The position numbers were made by a program, and so were the translations under genes. Shown here piece by piece: positions 9,722-19,492 of a stretch of 64,000 nucleotides of DNA. Numbering within the stretch: the stretch's first letter is position 1; each line of letters starts with the position of its first letter. A model generated the notes under the pieces. That model did not search any database. It saw only the letters and a list, made by a program, of their open reading frames with translations, and was not told the origin of the DNA. The DNA lies in the IMG/VR virus record IMGVR_UViG_3300042905_004154, positions 1,217 through 65,216 of that record, one strand, 5' to 3'. The DNA is from a virus. Taxonomy: Duplodnaviria; Caudoviricetes.

Positions 9722-9923
9722 CGGCCGCCCCCAGCTTCCCCGCCCTACGCAGGCTCGCCTCAATCGCGGCCATCTCCACCGCGCCCACGGCCACGGTAAA
9801 CGCCTCCCCATTGGGCCGGCGCAGTCTCCACCGCTCGCGCGATGCGAGGCCGAGCACGCGACAGGGCTGGCCGGCGATGTGCGCGACCCAGCCGCGGGCG
9901 AGGGGGGAGATCGTGGGGGTCAT
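9714..9923 (-). CDS. Hypothetical protein
   Basis: Overlap-coupled small ORF. Confidence 0.45.
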   Translation of the reverse strand: MTPTISPLARGWVAHIAGQPCRVLGLASRERWRLRRPNGEAFTVAVGAVEMAAIEASLRRAGKLGAADV

Positions 9924-10426
9924 GGTTGCACCGGCATCGAGGCCCCAAGGTGGGCGTCCTCGTAGCCATCCAGCCGCAGTGCATCCAGCGCGGTGGGGTC
10001 AGCCTCACAGGATGGGCAGATGGCGTTCGGCCCGTCGATGCGCTCGATCCGTCGCCATCCCGGCTCCAACACCGTGCCATCGACGCGGCCCTGTACGCTG
10101 CGGTCACAGCATCGACAGGTGAACAGCGTGGCGCGGGGGATGCGGTCGGCCACCTTCGCCACCTTCGCGCTCAGCATCTCCACCTCGGCGAGATTGGCCT
10201 CTGCATCCTCCGCACGCTTCCACCACCCTTCGCACTCCGCAAGCTCCTGCCACAGCGCAGGAGCCAGCGGCAGGAGCGATTCGAGCGTGGTGGCCTTGCG
10301 CTGCAGCACGTTGCCCACGAAGTGCCACCACTCTCCGCCGGCCTTGCGCATGGACACGATGTGTGCGTCAGATCCGCCCTTCCCGTAGGTGGGCATGACG
10401 TAGACCTCCGAGATGCCGTCGTTCAC
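9920..10426 (-). CDS. Hypothetical protein with C-terminal CxxC pairs
   Basis: CRCC...CPSC; overlap-coupled. Confidence 0.5.
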   Translation of the reverse strand: MNDGISEVYVMPTYGKGGSDAHIVSMRKAGGEWWHFVGNVLQRKATTLESLLPLAPALWQELAECEGWWKRAEDAEANLAEVEMLSAKVAKVADRIPRATLFTCRCCDRSVQGRVDGTVLEPGWRRIERIDGPNAICPSCEADPTALDALRLDGYEDAHLGASMPVQP

Positions 10427-10607
10427 AGCGTCACCAACGCCGCCGTCACGGCCCCGTCAAGCGACCCGTCGCCGTGGTGGTGCTTGTCCCCCACCGTCAC
10501 CGACCAGCCGCGCCCGTCACCCGGATCAGCGTCGGGGTGGTAAACGATCTCCAGGATCAGGCCGGTGGCGACGCAGTGGCACACGAGGGTTTCAAGGTTG
10601 GCGGGGG

Positions 10608-10922
10608 TCACGACCGCACCACCATCTTGATCGGCTGCTCGGCGTCGAACGGCACGCCATTCGCCTCCAGCCACGCGAGGTACGCCGGCTCCGGCTCGCC
10701 CAGTTCGTAGGCGGTACGCCTGCCCCACGCCACGCGCCCCTCGGCCCCGTAGATGTGGCCGGTATCGACGGGGTGGCCATCCGGTCGGCCAGGGTAGCCG
10801 TAGACGTTGCCGCGGAGGAAGATGCGGCTGCGCGGGTCTTCGGGCGCCTTGTACGGATCGACCTGCACGGACCACTGCTCGATGCGAACGAGTCGGTCAG
10901 GGCGGGGGATGTTGGGGGTCAC
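10608..10922 (-). CDS. Hypothetical phage protein (DUF6634-like)
   Basis: LRGNVYGYPGRPDGHPVDT...YELGEP pattern. Confidence 0.5.
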   Translation of the reverse strand: MTPNIPRPDRLVRIEQWSVQVDPYKAPEDPRSRIFLRGNVYGYPGRPDGHPVDTGHIYGAEGRVAWGRRTAYELGEPEPAYLAWLEANGVPFDAEQPIKMVVRS

Positions 10923-11227
10923 TCGACCTCCGCGAGCAGCAGGCACGCCGCGATGATGTCGCCGTGCCCACGCTTGGCGAGGGCCACCGCATCCACACGA
11001 GCGGCTTCCGCACGAGCGAGGGCGTTCGCGTCGGCGTAGTGCCGGAGGATGGTGGCGGTGTCCACCTTGCCCTCCATCAGCGCCTCTGCGATGTCGCTGC
11101 GCGACTCGCACCACCGCGTCAGCGCATCGGCTTCCTCACGATGTAGGCGGGCAGCCCGTTCGCAGGCGAGTCCGAACTCGCCGACGGCTTCCTCGATGGC
11201 GCGGCGTTGCTTGGTGGAGGGGGTCAT
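10919..11227 (-). CDS. Hypothetical protein
   Basis: AAGGAG RBS; helical ORF. Confidence 0.55.
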   Translation of the reverse strand: MTPSTKQRRAIEEAVGEFGLACERAARLHREEADALTRWCESRSDIAEALMEGKVDTATILRHYADANALARAEAARVDAVALAKRGHGDIIAACLLLAEVE

Positions 11228-11500
11228 TCGGGCTCCTTCAAGACGGGTAGTTGTCGGGGTCGTCTTTCATCGGCGGCGCGGCCGGCTCTTGTCCGAGCAC
11301 TTCCGCCGGCCATTGTTCCAACGCGAAGCTGAGCGACGCGCCGAAGTTCTCGCAGTAGTAGAACCCGCACCGCGGGCAGTGGTAGGACATTCAGTAGGGG
11401 CCGTCCACGCCGTAGCAGGAGTCGAGGTGGAGGTGCTGACAGGCGGCGGCTTCCTCGGGAGAGAGCGGCCACGCGGGGTCGTTCGTGCCGAAGGGGCGAC

Positions 11501-11761
11501 TCACGACCGCACCGCCCGCTTGGCCACGTTCTGCGCCGCCCTCTCCGCCGCGTAGAGCTTCCGCAGCTTGCGCGCCATCGCCGCGGGCATGTCGAGCCCG
11601 ACGAGGATGCGCGCCATTACCGCCGGCTTCGGCAGGCGCCCGGCCTCATAGTAGTGCCACGAGCGCCGCGACACACCAACGGCTTCGGCCGCCTCCTGTG
11701 TCGAGAGTGGGCCGCGAATCCACGCGAGGAAGGTGGAGACATCGGTCGGTTCAGTGGTCAT
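11501..11761 (-). CDS. XRE-family HTH transcriptional regulator
   Basis: STQEAAEAVGVSRRSWHYYEAGRLP. Confidence 0.85.
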   Translation of the reverse strand: MTTEPTDVSTFLAWIRGPLSTQEAAEAVGVSRRSWHYYEAGRLPKPAVMARILVGLDMPAAMARKLRKLYAAERAAQNVAKRAVRS

Positions 11762-12036
11762 GCCGACACCGACGGAAACGCGACTGCCCGGTGGGGGTCG
11801 GTCGAGTCAGGCCCGTAGTTCACCGACATCGACCCGCGGGGGAGGATGTCCATGGTACGCCGGCCCTCGATGTCAACGTACACCCAGCACGCCACGATCT
11901 GCGGCGTGCCGTAGCGAGGATGACGCACGAGGCGCGACAGACCATCGCGAGCGGCCTCGATGGTGAGGAAGGGGCCGGAGAGGGTGTCCCCTTCCTCGTT
12001 GTCGATGCGGTAGGCGTTGGGGGGCGGGTTGGTCAT
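11758..12036 (-). CDS. Hypothetical protein (probably leaderless)
   Basis: ATG 6 nt downstream of TAGGCT -10 box. Confidence 0.55.
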   Translation of the reverse strand: MTNPPPNAYRIDNEEGDTLSGPFLTIEAARDGLSRLVRHPRYGTPQIVACWVYVDIEGRRTMDILPRGSMSVNYGPDSTDPHRAVAFPSVSA

Positions 12037-12042
12037 GCTGGT

Positions 12043-12135
12043 AGCCTACTCCAGAGCGACGGGAACCGCAAGCGAACGGGCGCGGAAACTTTCGCGCACT
12101 ATTTGTTGGACACCCGACAGGCAACGGGGCATGAT
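12043..12135. promoter_or_regulatory. Divergent promoter pair 1
   Basis: Minus: TTGCGG-17-TAGGCT; plus: TGGACA-17-CATGAT; GAAACTTTC at 12085-12093 between them. Confidence 0.65.
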
Positions 12136-12172
12136 GGGGTGGCAAGGCATTCCGCCGAGCATGGAGCGTTAC

Positions 12173-13558
12173 ATGCGAATCTCAGCCCTCACCGTTCAGA
12201 ACTTCAAGGGACTCCGCAAGGTCGCCATCGACTGCGACAAGGAGGTCATCGTCCTCGCCGGCAAGAATGGCGCCGGCAAGTCCAGCGCCCTCGATGCCAT
12301 CACGGCCCTGCTCATGGGCAAGTCGGCCATCCCCGCCGAGCCCATCCGGCGCGGTGAGAACGAGGGCGAGATCGTCGCCGTGATCGACGGCTTCACCGTC
12401 CGCCGCACCTTCACGCGGAAGGAGAACGGCGACATCGGCGGCTCCCTCACCATCACGTCCGCCGACGGAATGCGCGCCCCGTCGCCGCAGACCTGGCTCG
12501 ACGCTCGCATCAACGCCCTCGGCTGCGACCCGATCGCCTTCATGGCGTCGAAGCCCGCAGAGCAGGCGGCGACCCTCCGCACGATCGCGGGCGTCGATAC
12601 CACCGCGCTCGACGTGAAGCGCAAGGCGGCGTTCGACAGCCGCACCGACATCGGGCGCACCGGGAAGGACGAAGCCGGGGCGCTTGCCTCGATGGCGCAC
12701 CACCCCGATGCGCCGGCCGAGGTGGTCGAGCCCGTCGTGGTGACTCCGGAACTCGTGAGCGCGAGCGACATCGTGGCGGAGTTGGCCGTTGCTGACGCGA
12801 CGGCGCGGGCGAAGGAGGCGGCGACTCGCGATGCCGCCAACGAGTCCCGCGTCGCCGATACCCTGCTCGACATTCACAGCAGCGCATCCGGCAAGGTCGG
12901 GATGCTGCGTCGCCAACTCGCCGACGCCGAGGAGGAAGAGCGTGTGGCGGCAGGCAAGGCTACGGCGAAGCGTGAGGAGGCCACGCGCCTCGCCAGCGAG
13001 GCCAACGCTCTCGTTGTCACCGACCCCACCCCGATCCGCGAACGCCTTGCCGACGTGGAGCGCGCCAACGCCGAAGCCCTGCGCCTCGCCGCCGAGCAGA
13101 ACGCCGCCGCGCGCAAGGAAGCCGACGCCCTCAACGCGAAGGTACGCGCCAACGCCGCCCGCAAGGCGCAGGAGGAGAAGGTCGCCGCCGGCCGGAAGGA
13201 GTACGCCGCCAAGACCGCTGAGATCGCCGCCCTCGACGCCGAGCGCGCCGCGATGCTCGCCGCCGCCACCTTCCCCGTGAAGGGGCTCGGCTTCGACCTC
13301 GACGGCAGCGTGACCTTCGACGGCTTGCCGCTCGCCCAGGTCAACGAGGCCAAGCGGATCGAGGTGAGCATGGCCATCGCGCTCGCCGGGGACAAGCCGG
13401 TCAAGCTGGTGCTGATCCGCAACGGGAGCCAGTTGGACGAGGAGAACATGCAACTCGTGGCCGACATCGCCCACGCAGCCGGAGCGCAACTCTGGCTCGA
13501 GCGTGTCGGCGTGGCCGATGCTGGCGCGGTTGTGATCCGCGATGGGGGTGTGGCGTGA
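12173..13558 (+). CDS. SMC/RecN-like AAA ATPase with coiled coil
   Basis: QNFKGL...LAGKNGAGKSSALDAI; long coiled coil; degenerate Walker B region LVLIRNGSQLD. Confidence 0.85.
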   Translation: MRISALTVQNFKGLRKVAIDCDKEVIVLAGKNGAGKSSALDAITALLMGKSAIPAEPIRRGENEGEIVAVIDGFTVRRTFTRKENGDIGGSLTITSADGMRAPSPQTWLDARINALGCDPIAFMASKPAEQAATLRTIAGVDTTALDVKRKAAFDSRTDIGRTGKDEAGALASMAHHPDAPAEVVEPVVVTPELVSASDIVAELAVADATARAKEAATRDAANESRVADTLLDIHSSASGKVGMLRRQLADAEEEERVAAGKATAKREEATRLASEANALVVTDPTPIRERLADVERANAEALRLAAEQNAAARKEADALNAKVRANAARKAQEEKVAAGRKEYAAKTAEIAALDAERAAMLAAATFPVKGLGFDLDGSVTFDGLPLAQVNEAKRIEVSMAIALAGDKPVKLVLIRNGSQLDEENMQLVADIAHAAGAQLWLERVGVADAGAVVIRDGGVA

Positions 13559-14535
13559 GCGCGCCCACCGACACCATCGGCAGCAGCGCCGTCGCCGCGA
13601 TCCTGGGCCTCTCCCCGTGGCAGTCGCCGCACGAGGTCTGGGCTCGCCTCGTGGGCCTCACCGCCTACAGTGACAAGGACACGCCAGTGATGAAGCGGGG
13701 CCGGATGATGGAGCGGGCGCTCCTCGGCTGGCGAGAGGAGGAGTACGGCGTCACCATCCACCGTGGCCCGCCGATCACCGGCGAGCCTTGGCGCCCGGTG
13801 GAAACCCCGACGTGGCGGCACTCCCGGCCCGACGGCTTCGCGATCATCGAGGGCACCGTCGCCGAAGGGGCGCCGACCCCCGGCAGCGTGGTCGATCTCT
13901 TCGAGGTCAAGACCGCCCGCGACTTCTCCGGGTGGGGCGACGAAGCCGAGGGGCTGGCCGGCGTGCCGCCCTACTACGCCGCTCAGGTGCTTTGGCAGGC
14001 CGCCACGACCGCCGCCATGGGCATCACCGTGCGCCGCTCCTACCTGCTCGCCTTCTGCCCCATGCGCGAGGAGTTCCGCGCCTACACCATCGAGCGGGAC
14101 GACCGCCGCGAGGGTGCCTTGACGGCCCACATCCGGGGCTGGTGGGAGCGTCACGTCCGCGACCAGGCGATGCCTGCGATCGACGGCAGCGAGGGCGCCG
14201 CCCGTGCGCTGCTCGCCCTGCACCGCGCGCCCCGGCCGGAGTTGCGCGAGGCCACCGAATCGGAACGTGAACTCGTGGAGGAGTGGCGCGCCGCGAAGCT
14301 CGCCGTCGTCGCCGCCGAAGCCGCCGAGACGGCAGCGGCGAACCATGTGAAGGCGGCCATCGCCGACGCCCGTGGCCTCGCCGGCCTCGCGGACTGGCGC
14401 CCGACGAAGGGGCGCGTCTCGGTCAGCGTCGGCGACATCCAGAAGAAGGCTCCCGCCCTGTTCGCCCAACTCGAAGCCGCCGGACTCATCAAGACCGGCG
14501 AACCCACCCGCACCCTCGTCAACCTCAAGGAGTAG
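13555..14535 (+). CDS. YqaJ-like viral recombinase exonuclease
   Basis: IGSSAVAAILGLSPWQSP, SRPDG, EVKT and YAAQVLWQ motifs. Confidence 0.9.
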   Translation: MSAPTDTIGSSAVAAILGLSPWQSPHEVWARLVGLTAYSDKDTPVMKRGRMMERALLGWREEEYGVTIHRGPPITGEPWRPVETPTWRHSRPDGFAIIEGTVAEGAPTPGSVVDLFEVKTARDFSGWGDEAEGLAGVPPYYAAQVLWQAATTAAMGITVRRSYLLAFCPMREEFRAYTIERDDRREGALTAHIRGWWERHVRDQAMPAIDGSEGAARALLALHRAPRPELREATESERELVEEWRAAKLAVVAAEAAETAAANHVKAAIADARGLAGLADWRPTKGRVSVSVGDIQKKAPALFAQLEAAGLIKTGEPTRTLVNLKE

Positions 14536-14538
14536 CCC

Positions 14539-15435
14539 ATGGCCACCGAAGAACTCGTCACCCGCCCCGCTCAGCAACTCACGCCTGCCCAGCAGTACGG
14601 CCGCAGCGTCGAAGCCCTCGCCATGCGCGAACTGGAGAAGGTACTCGGCAGCGAGGAGGGCAAGAAGGCCGCCGCTCGCACCGCGCTCGCCTTCCGCGCC
14701 ACCGCGCTCGCCAACCCAGCCGTCTACGAGTGCGACGCCGGCAGCGTGGCCTCGTGCGTCGCGATCTCGGCGCTCACCAACCTCATGCCCGGCGGGCCGA
14801 ACCCGGATTGCTACCTCGTGCCGCGGCGCGTGAAGGGGCAGCAGACGCTCAACTGGATGATCAGCCACCGCGGCTTGCAGAAGCTCGCGACCCGCGCCGG
14901 CTACACGGTCAAGGCCCGCGTGGTCTACACCGACGAGGTGTTCGAGTACGAAGAGGGCGAGACGATCCACATCAAGCACGTCCCGAACCTGGATCGCGTG
15001 GAGGAGAACTGGGAGGAGATGCGCGGTGTCATCGTCCGCGTCTACCGCCTGAGCGACGGCAAGCAGGTCGGCGTGGAGTACGTCAACCGCGGGCAGATCG
15101 AGAAGCGCCGCAACCAGTCCGACGCATACCAGCGCGGCGCGAAGCCGGGCGCCGACGAGTGGTCGAAGTCGTCGCCGTGGTTCAAGTGGGCGTCTGAGAT
15201 GGCGCTGAAGACCGCGATCAAGTACGCCTTCAGTCGCGGCGGCATCCCGATCGACGACATCGCCACGCGCGAGGCACTGAGCCACGACCACGACGACGCG
15301 ATCGACGTGTCCGCCGTTGTGGTCCCGCCGTCCGTGGCGAGCCGCCCCGCCATCGGCAGCGGTGCGCTGGACGACGCGCTGGGCATCCGTGAGGAGCAGG
15401 CCGTGGTGGTGCCCGCCGACGGGGGTGAGTCTTGA
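14539..15435 (+). CDS. recT: RecT-family ssDNA annealing recombinase
   Basis: CYLVP...ISHRGL..LA.R...VYTDEVF...SPW...EMALKTAIK; follows YqaJ. Confidence 0.85.
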   Translation: MATEELVTRPAQQLTPAQQYGRSVEALAMRELEKVLGSEEGKKAAARTALAFRATALANPAVYECDAGSVASCVAISALTNLMPGGPNPDCYLVPRRVKGQQTLNWMISHRGLQKLATRAGYTVKARVVYTDEVFEYEEGETIHIKHVPNLDRVEENWEEMRGVIVRVYRLSDGKQVGVEYVNRGQIEKRRNQSDAYQRGAKPGADEWSKSSPWFKWASEMALKTAIKYAFSRGGIPIDDIATREALSHDHDDAIDVSAVVVPPSVASRPAIGSGALDDALGIREEQAVVVPADGGES

Positions 15436-15761
15436 CCCCCCGCGAACTCCTGGCCTCGCTGCCGGAAGGCGCTACGCCGGGGCCGTGGTACGTCGCCAAG
15501 GACGGACAAAGCATCCTGCAAACGTCGCACATCACCCGCGACGTATGGACGATCCCGCGCACCGATGCCGACATGCACCTGTGCGCCGCCGCCCCCGCTC
15601 TCCGTGACGCGCTCGCGGAGGTGCTGGCGGAGAACGAGCGGTTGCGGGCGCTGCTGGACGAGGCGCGGGTTGCCGTTGGCGATGTCCAGATGAGCGACGA
15701 CGACTTGCACGATCTGGTACTCCGCATCGAAGCGGCTCTCGTCGCGTCCGTATCCGAGTAA
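15432..15761 (+). CDS. Ead/Ea22-like phage protein
   Basis: ATPGPW...LCAAAP motif plus coiled coil. Confidence 0.55.
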   Translation: MTPRELLASLPEGATPGPWYVAKDGQSILQTSHITRDVWTIPRTDADMHLCAAAPALRDALAEVLAENERLRALLDEARVAVGDVQMSDDDLHDLVLRIEAALVASVSE

Positions 15762-15952
15762 GGGGGCCGCCAACCTCCAAGCGGCGGCCGGCTCCGTCGC
15801 GGATTGACCGAAGCCGGCGACCTCGGCGGCCCTCGTGGGTATTCGTGGGGTCGCCAGCAACCGGGGGAGTTGGTTCGCCCCCACAGCGGCCTGAGTGAAG
15901 GCGCTCCCGAGCAGGGGGCACACGCAGCGGACCACCACACCTTGGAGTCACG

Positions 15953-17107
15953 ATGAGCAAGCCGCGAGCGTTCTGCGAGTTCCCCGCCGGGCTCGCGTCG
16001 GTGTCGCTCCGCCTTCACGGCGGCGCCCACTGCCGCCCGCCGATTTCACGGATGGGCAACAAGGCCGGCTACGCTGCCGTGATCCTCGACGCCCTCGGCC
16101 TGCGCTCCGGCGAAGGTGCCGACGCCTACCTGTGGGCCGAAGCCGATCCCGATGTCCGCGCCCTACTCCGGGCCTACCCCGATGCCGCGATGCTCACCCG
16201 GATCGCCGAGATCATCCGAGGCTGGGCTGACGAGGAGCCCCGTGCGCTGTGGGAGCGGCTGCGGGCGGAGCGGAAGGCTCGGGGGCCGGTGAGCGACGAT
16301 CTCGCCGGCTGGGTGATCTCCTCGATGTGGAGTTACGAGCAGGGCAACGTCCGCACCGGGTTTGTTGGCCCCGGTGAACGCCGCCAAGATACGTCCGCCG
16401 CCTGCAAGAACCTTGCCGCCTACGCCACCATCGCCTCCAGCAACCGCCTGATCAACGTCGCCGGCCCCGACCTGATGAACACCGGCAAGGGCGGGACTCG
16501 GTTCGGTGGGGAGTTCGCCACGTCGCCGGAGGTGTTGGCGGGGGCGTTTGAGGATGTCGCCAAGTGGGCGCTCCTCGGTCAGTGGTCGTACCGCCGCGGT
16601 GTCCCCGAGAGCGGATTCAACGCTGGCCTGCTCGAGGACCGCGAGCCCACCGACACGGGCGGCGGCGGGGCCAAGGCGCGCACCTGCGAGCAGGAGGCGG
16701 GGCTGTGGTCCACCGCGGCTCGAGCCTCCCGCTGGCCCCCCGTCGCCGTGCTGCCCACCATCCCCGCCGCGGCCGATGTCGCGCGCTGGCTGGGCACGCC
16801 GGGCGATCTCTCCGGCGTCGTGGTCTACATGGATGGCCCCTACGAGGGCACCACAGGCTACCTCCACACGTTGCCGCGCGCGGAGCAGGTTCGGCACGCG
16901 CTCGACTTCGACAGCCTCGGCGCGACCGTGTGCATGAGCGAGGCAGTGCCAGTGGTGGAGTTGACGGCGCTCGGCTGGCACGCGACGGACATCACCGGGG
17001 GGAGGCGTGGTCAGCGCAGAACTTTTGCCAGGGTCGCCACTGAGGCGCTGACGATGAGCCGCCCGCCAGCCCACACCGTCGCCGTTCAGCACCGCCTGTT
17101 CGGCTGA
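15953..17107 (+). CDS. Atypical Dam/D12-class DNA adenine methyltransferase-like protein
   Basis: FCEFPAGLASV (motif I-like), PISRMGNK (motif X-like), VYMDGPYEGTTGY (DPPY-like), MSEA. Confidence 0.65.
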   Translation: MSKPRAFCEFPAGLASVSLRLHGGAHCRPPISRMGNKAGYAAVILDALGLRSGEGADAYLWAEADPDVRALLRAYPDAAMLTRIAEIIRGWADEEPRALWERLRAERKARGPVSDDLAGWVISSMWSYEQGNVRTGFVGPGERRQDTSAACKNLAAYATIASSNRLINVAGPDLMNTGKGGTRFGGEFATSPEVLAGAFEDVAKWALLGQWSYRRGVPESGFNAGLLEDREPTDTGGGGAKARTCEQEAGLWSTAARASRWPPVAVLPTIPAAADVARWLGTPGDLSGVVVYMDGPYEGTTGYLHTLPRAEQVRHALDFDSLGATVCMSEAVPVVELTALGWHATDITGGRRGQRRTFARVATEALTMSRPPAHTVAVQHRLFG

Positions 17108-17305
17108 CTCACCTCCGCCTCGCCTCCCACCTCGCGCGCAGCTCTTGGAGGACGATCCCTTGGTAGTCCCCCACCGGCTGCCGAGCGAGCGACCGCAGCT
17201 CGCGCCAGTCGGCGAGCCAGCGGCGGTCCAGGATCGCAGACAGGTTCGGCGCGAGATCGCTGCCTCCACGGCCGGGGTAGTCGAAGGTGGCGAAGGTGGG
17301 GTTGC

Positions 17306-17572
17306 TCAACGGCGCCCCCGCCTCACCTTCAACCGTCGCCCCTTCGCCGGAGCCTTCGGAGGATCCCACCGATCCGCGATCCGCCGCAACTGCTCGGCGA
17401 ACTGCCGGTTGCTCGGCCGCCACTCGTCGGCGTTGTCCATGACCTCCCACGTCCACGCGAAGTGACCGAGGCCGGGTGTGCTGCCGACATCGGTGGCGAT
17501 CACGGTGAGCACGGACGCTGCCGGACGCCGCTTCGCTTTCTCGGCGAGAAGGTCGATCACGTCGTCGCTCAC
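17306..17572 (-). CDS. Hypothetical protein
   Basis: Coupled ORF in short leftward operon. Confidence 0.5.
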   Translation of the reverse strand: MSDDVIDLLAEKAKRRPAASVLTVIATDVGSTPGLGHFAWTWEVMDNADEWRPSNRQFAEQLRRIADRWDPPKAPAKGRRLKVRRGRR

Positions 17573-17805
17573 CCCCGCACCCTCCGTACCCCACCAATCG
17601 GCCCACCCACCCGGTAGCCCAGCCGCCGGATCGCCGCCCTCACGGTGTGCTGCGTGTACCCGGTGAGCGTGGCGAGTCGGCGCACGGTCATCGGTCCGCT
17701 CACCAGGAGGTCACGCACGGCGACATCTGATGGTCGAGGCGGTGCCGGCTGCCAGTCCACGGTCACGGGGCCGTCGGCGTGGCTGAGCCATGCGCCCCAG
17801 CTCAT
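17569..17805 (-). CDS. Small winged-HTH protein
   Basis: GPMTVRRLATLTGYTQHTVRAAIRRLG. Confidence 0.55.
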   Translation of the reverse strand: MSWGAWLSHADGPVTVDWQPAPPRPSDVAVRDLLVSGPMTVRRLATLTGYTQHTVRAAIRRLGYRVGGPIGGVRRVRG

Positions 17806-18326
17806 CGGCGCACCATCGCGCGGTACTGCTCCAGCGTGATCGTGGGCCGGCGCTCGAACTTGCCGAGCCCCCGATGCACCGCGCCATTCCACGCGGCGAG
17901 CCCCGCCAGTTCGGCGCGGTAGTCGCTCCACCGCTCCTCCCACGTCGCCGGGTCGGTCCCGATGGCGCCCATGTCGGCGAGTCGGCGCGAGTCCCGACGG
18001 CAGGCGCCGTGCGACGAGTGCGGGCGGTCGCAGCCGGGCCAACGGCACATCTTCGGCGGGCAGGGCACGCGCACCTTGACGACGGGCGCGGGCTTCGGCG
18101 GCTTCGGGGCAGGCGCGATGACGACTGGCGCGACGACCACCGCGGGCAGGTCGATCACCAGGGGCGCCAGCGCGACGAGGGCACCGCCGTTGGCCTCGCG
18201 GAAGCACGGGCCGCACCGCTTGCCGGGGTAGCTGTACGGGCGCTCGCCGCACAGGATGCAGCGGGTGACGCTGCGGGTCAGGCCGTAGCCGTGTGGGTCG
18301 GGGCGGTGGGGCGTGTCGTTGGCCAA
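17802..18326 (-). CDS. Cys-rich zinc-finger protein
   Basis: GGAGG + TTG start; CILC...CGPC; CRWPGC...HGAC. Confidence 0.55.
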   Translation of the reverse strand: MANDTPHRPDPHGYGLTRSVTRCILCGERPYSYPGKRCGPCFREANGGALVALAPLVIDLPAVVVAPVVIAPAPKPPKPAPVVKVRVPCPPKMCRWPGCDRPHSSHGACRRDSRRLADMGAIGTDPATWEERWSDYRAELAGLAAWNGAVHRGLGKFERRPTITLEQYRAMVRR

Positions 18327-18453
18327 GTGTCCTCCGTTGGTGTGGTGCGCCGGCTGCGTCTCCGCAGCGCATCGGGCCGGGCAGGCCCCGCGGACTCGAC
18401 CACCCGGATTGGACGGAAGGCGAAACCGTGCCCCGTGAGGGCGGCGCGAGAGC

Positions 18454-18546
18454 AGCTTACCACCACGCGGGGGGAACGTCACGCGAACGGGTGGCGAAAC
18501 TTTCTTGCACGTTTCTCTTGCCGCGCGACGGGCAGCGGAGCATACT
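18454..18546. promoter_or_regulatory. Divergent promoter pair 2
   Basis: Minus: GTGACG-17-TAAGCT; plus: TTGCCG-17-CATACT; GAAACTTTC at 18496-18504. Confidence 0.65.
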
Positions 18547-18580
18547 GAGGTGCGGGATGGACCCGCGACAAGGAGCCACG

Positions 18581-18856
18581 ATGACCCCCACCGAACTCAC
18601 CGCCACCGCCGAAGCGATGCGCGCGTTTCTCGACGCCCACCAGATCGAGTACATCATCGGCGCCAAGCTGAGCGCCTACAAGCCTACGCTCCACCTCCGC
18701 TTGGAGGACTTCGCCCGCGTCTACGCCGGCAAGGCCGTGCCGGTGGAAACTACCACGGGGTACGACCATCTCCGGATGCCCTGCGACGGCTTCGACGTGA
18801 TGGCCTGCCGGCCCATGCCGATGGTGATCGGCCCGCGCGTCGAGGTGATGCCGTGA
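18581..18856 (+). CDS. Hypothetical protein
   Basis: AAGGAG RBS; first gene after promoter. Confidence 0.65.
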   Translation: MTPTELTATAEAMRAFLDAHQIEYIIGAKLSAYKPTLHLRLEDFARVYAGKAVPVETTTGYDHLRMPCDGFDVMACRPMPMVIGPRVEVMP

Positions 18857-19398
18857 GCGCCGACGACATTGGCGACCGGTTTGATCGGCTTGACGCGTTC
18901 ATCGCGCGAGGCGCGCTCGTCCGCCACGAGTGGGGAGACGGGCAGGAGCGAGCTTGCCTTCTGCTGGCCATCGCTCCCGAGGTGGGGGCGGGTAACGTGG
19001 CCGCGTGCCCGGCGGCGGTGCTTCCGCGTTGGCTCGCGCAGCTTGCGCCGAGCATCGACGACAACGGCACGGCGGTGGCGTGGCCGGCGATGGTTCGCCG
19101 CTTCTCCGCCGTCGTGCGTCGCGGCGCCGAGCGGCGCGACCCCGCCGTATGGCGGCGCGTGCTCGCACGGTTCATGATCGCCACGATGGGCGAGGCTGGT
19201 GTTCGGGACACCAGCGGCTCTTGTGAGCGCGTCGCAGCACTCTGGCGGCGCGTGATCGACGGCGACGAGCCAACTGCCACCGAGTGGGCGGCGTCGGGGG
19301 CGGCGGCGTGGGCGGCGGAGGCGCGGGCGGAGGTGGGGGCGACGTGGGATCGTCTCACCACCGCCCTCCTCGACGCGATCGAGCTGGAGGCCGCGTGA
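18853..19398 (+). CDS. Hypothetical phage protein
   Basis: GTGA-coupled; W/C-containing helical ORF. Confidence 0.55.
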   Translation: MSADDIGDRFDRLDAFIARGALVRHEWGDGQERACLLLAIAPEVGAGNVAACPAAVLPRWLAQLAPSIDDNGTAVAWPAMVRRFSAVVRRGAERRDPAVWRRVLARFMIATMGEAGVRDTSGSCERVAALWRRVIDGDEPTATEWAASGAAAWAAEARAEVGATWDRLTTALLDAIELEAA

Positions 19399-19492
19399 CC
19401 GCCGACGACTACCACGACCGCATGCTGGACCGCTACGCCGCCGACTTCTACGGCGGCGATGAGGACGAAACCGAAACCGACGAGGACAGCGA

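Noticed and set aside
18343-18447. Canonical tRNA gene
   Set aside because: No TTCRA T-loop or D-arm consensus and only a 6-bp closing stem
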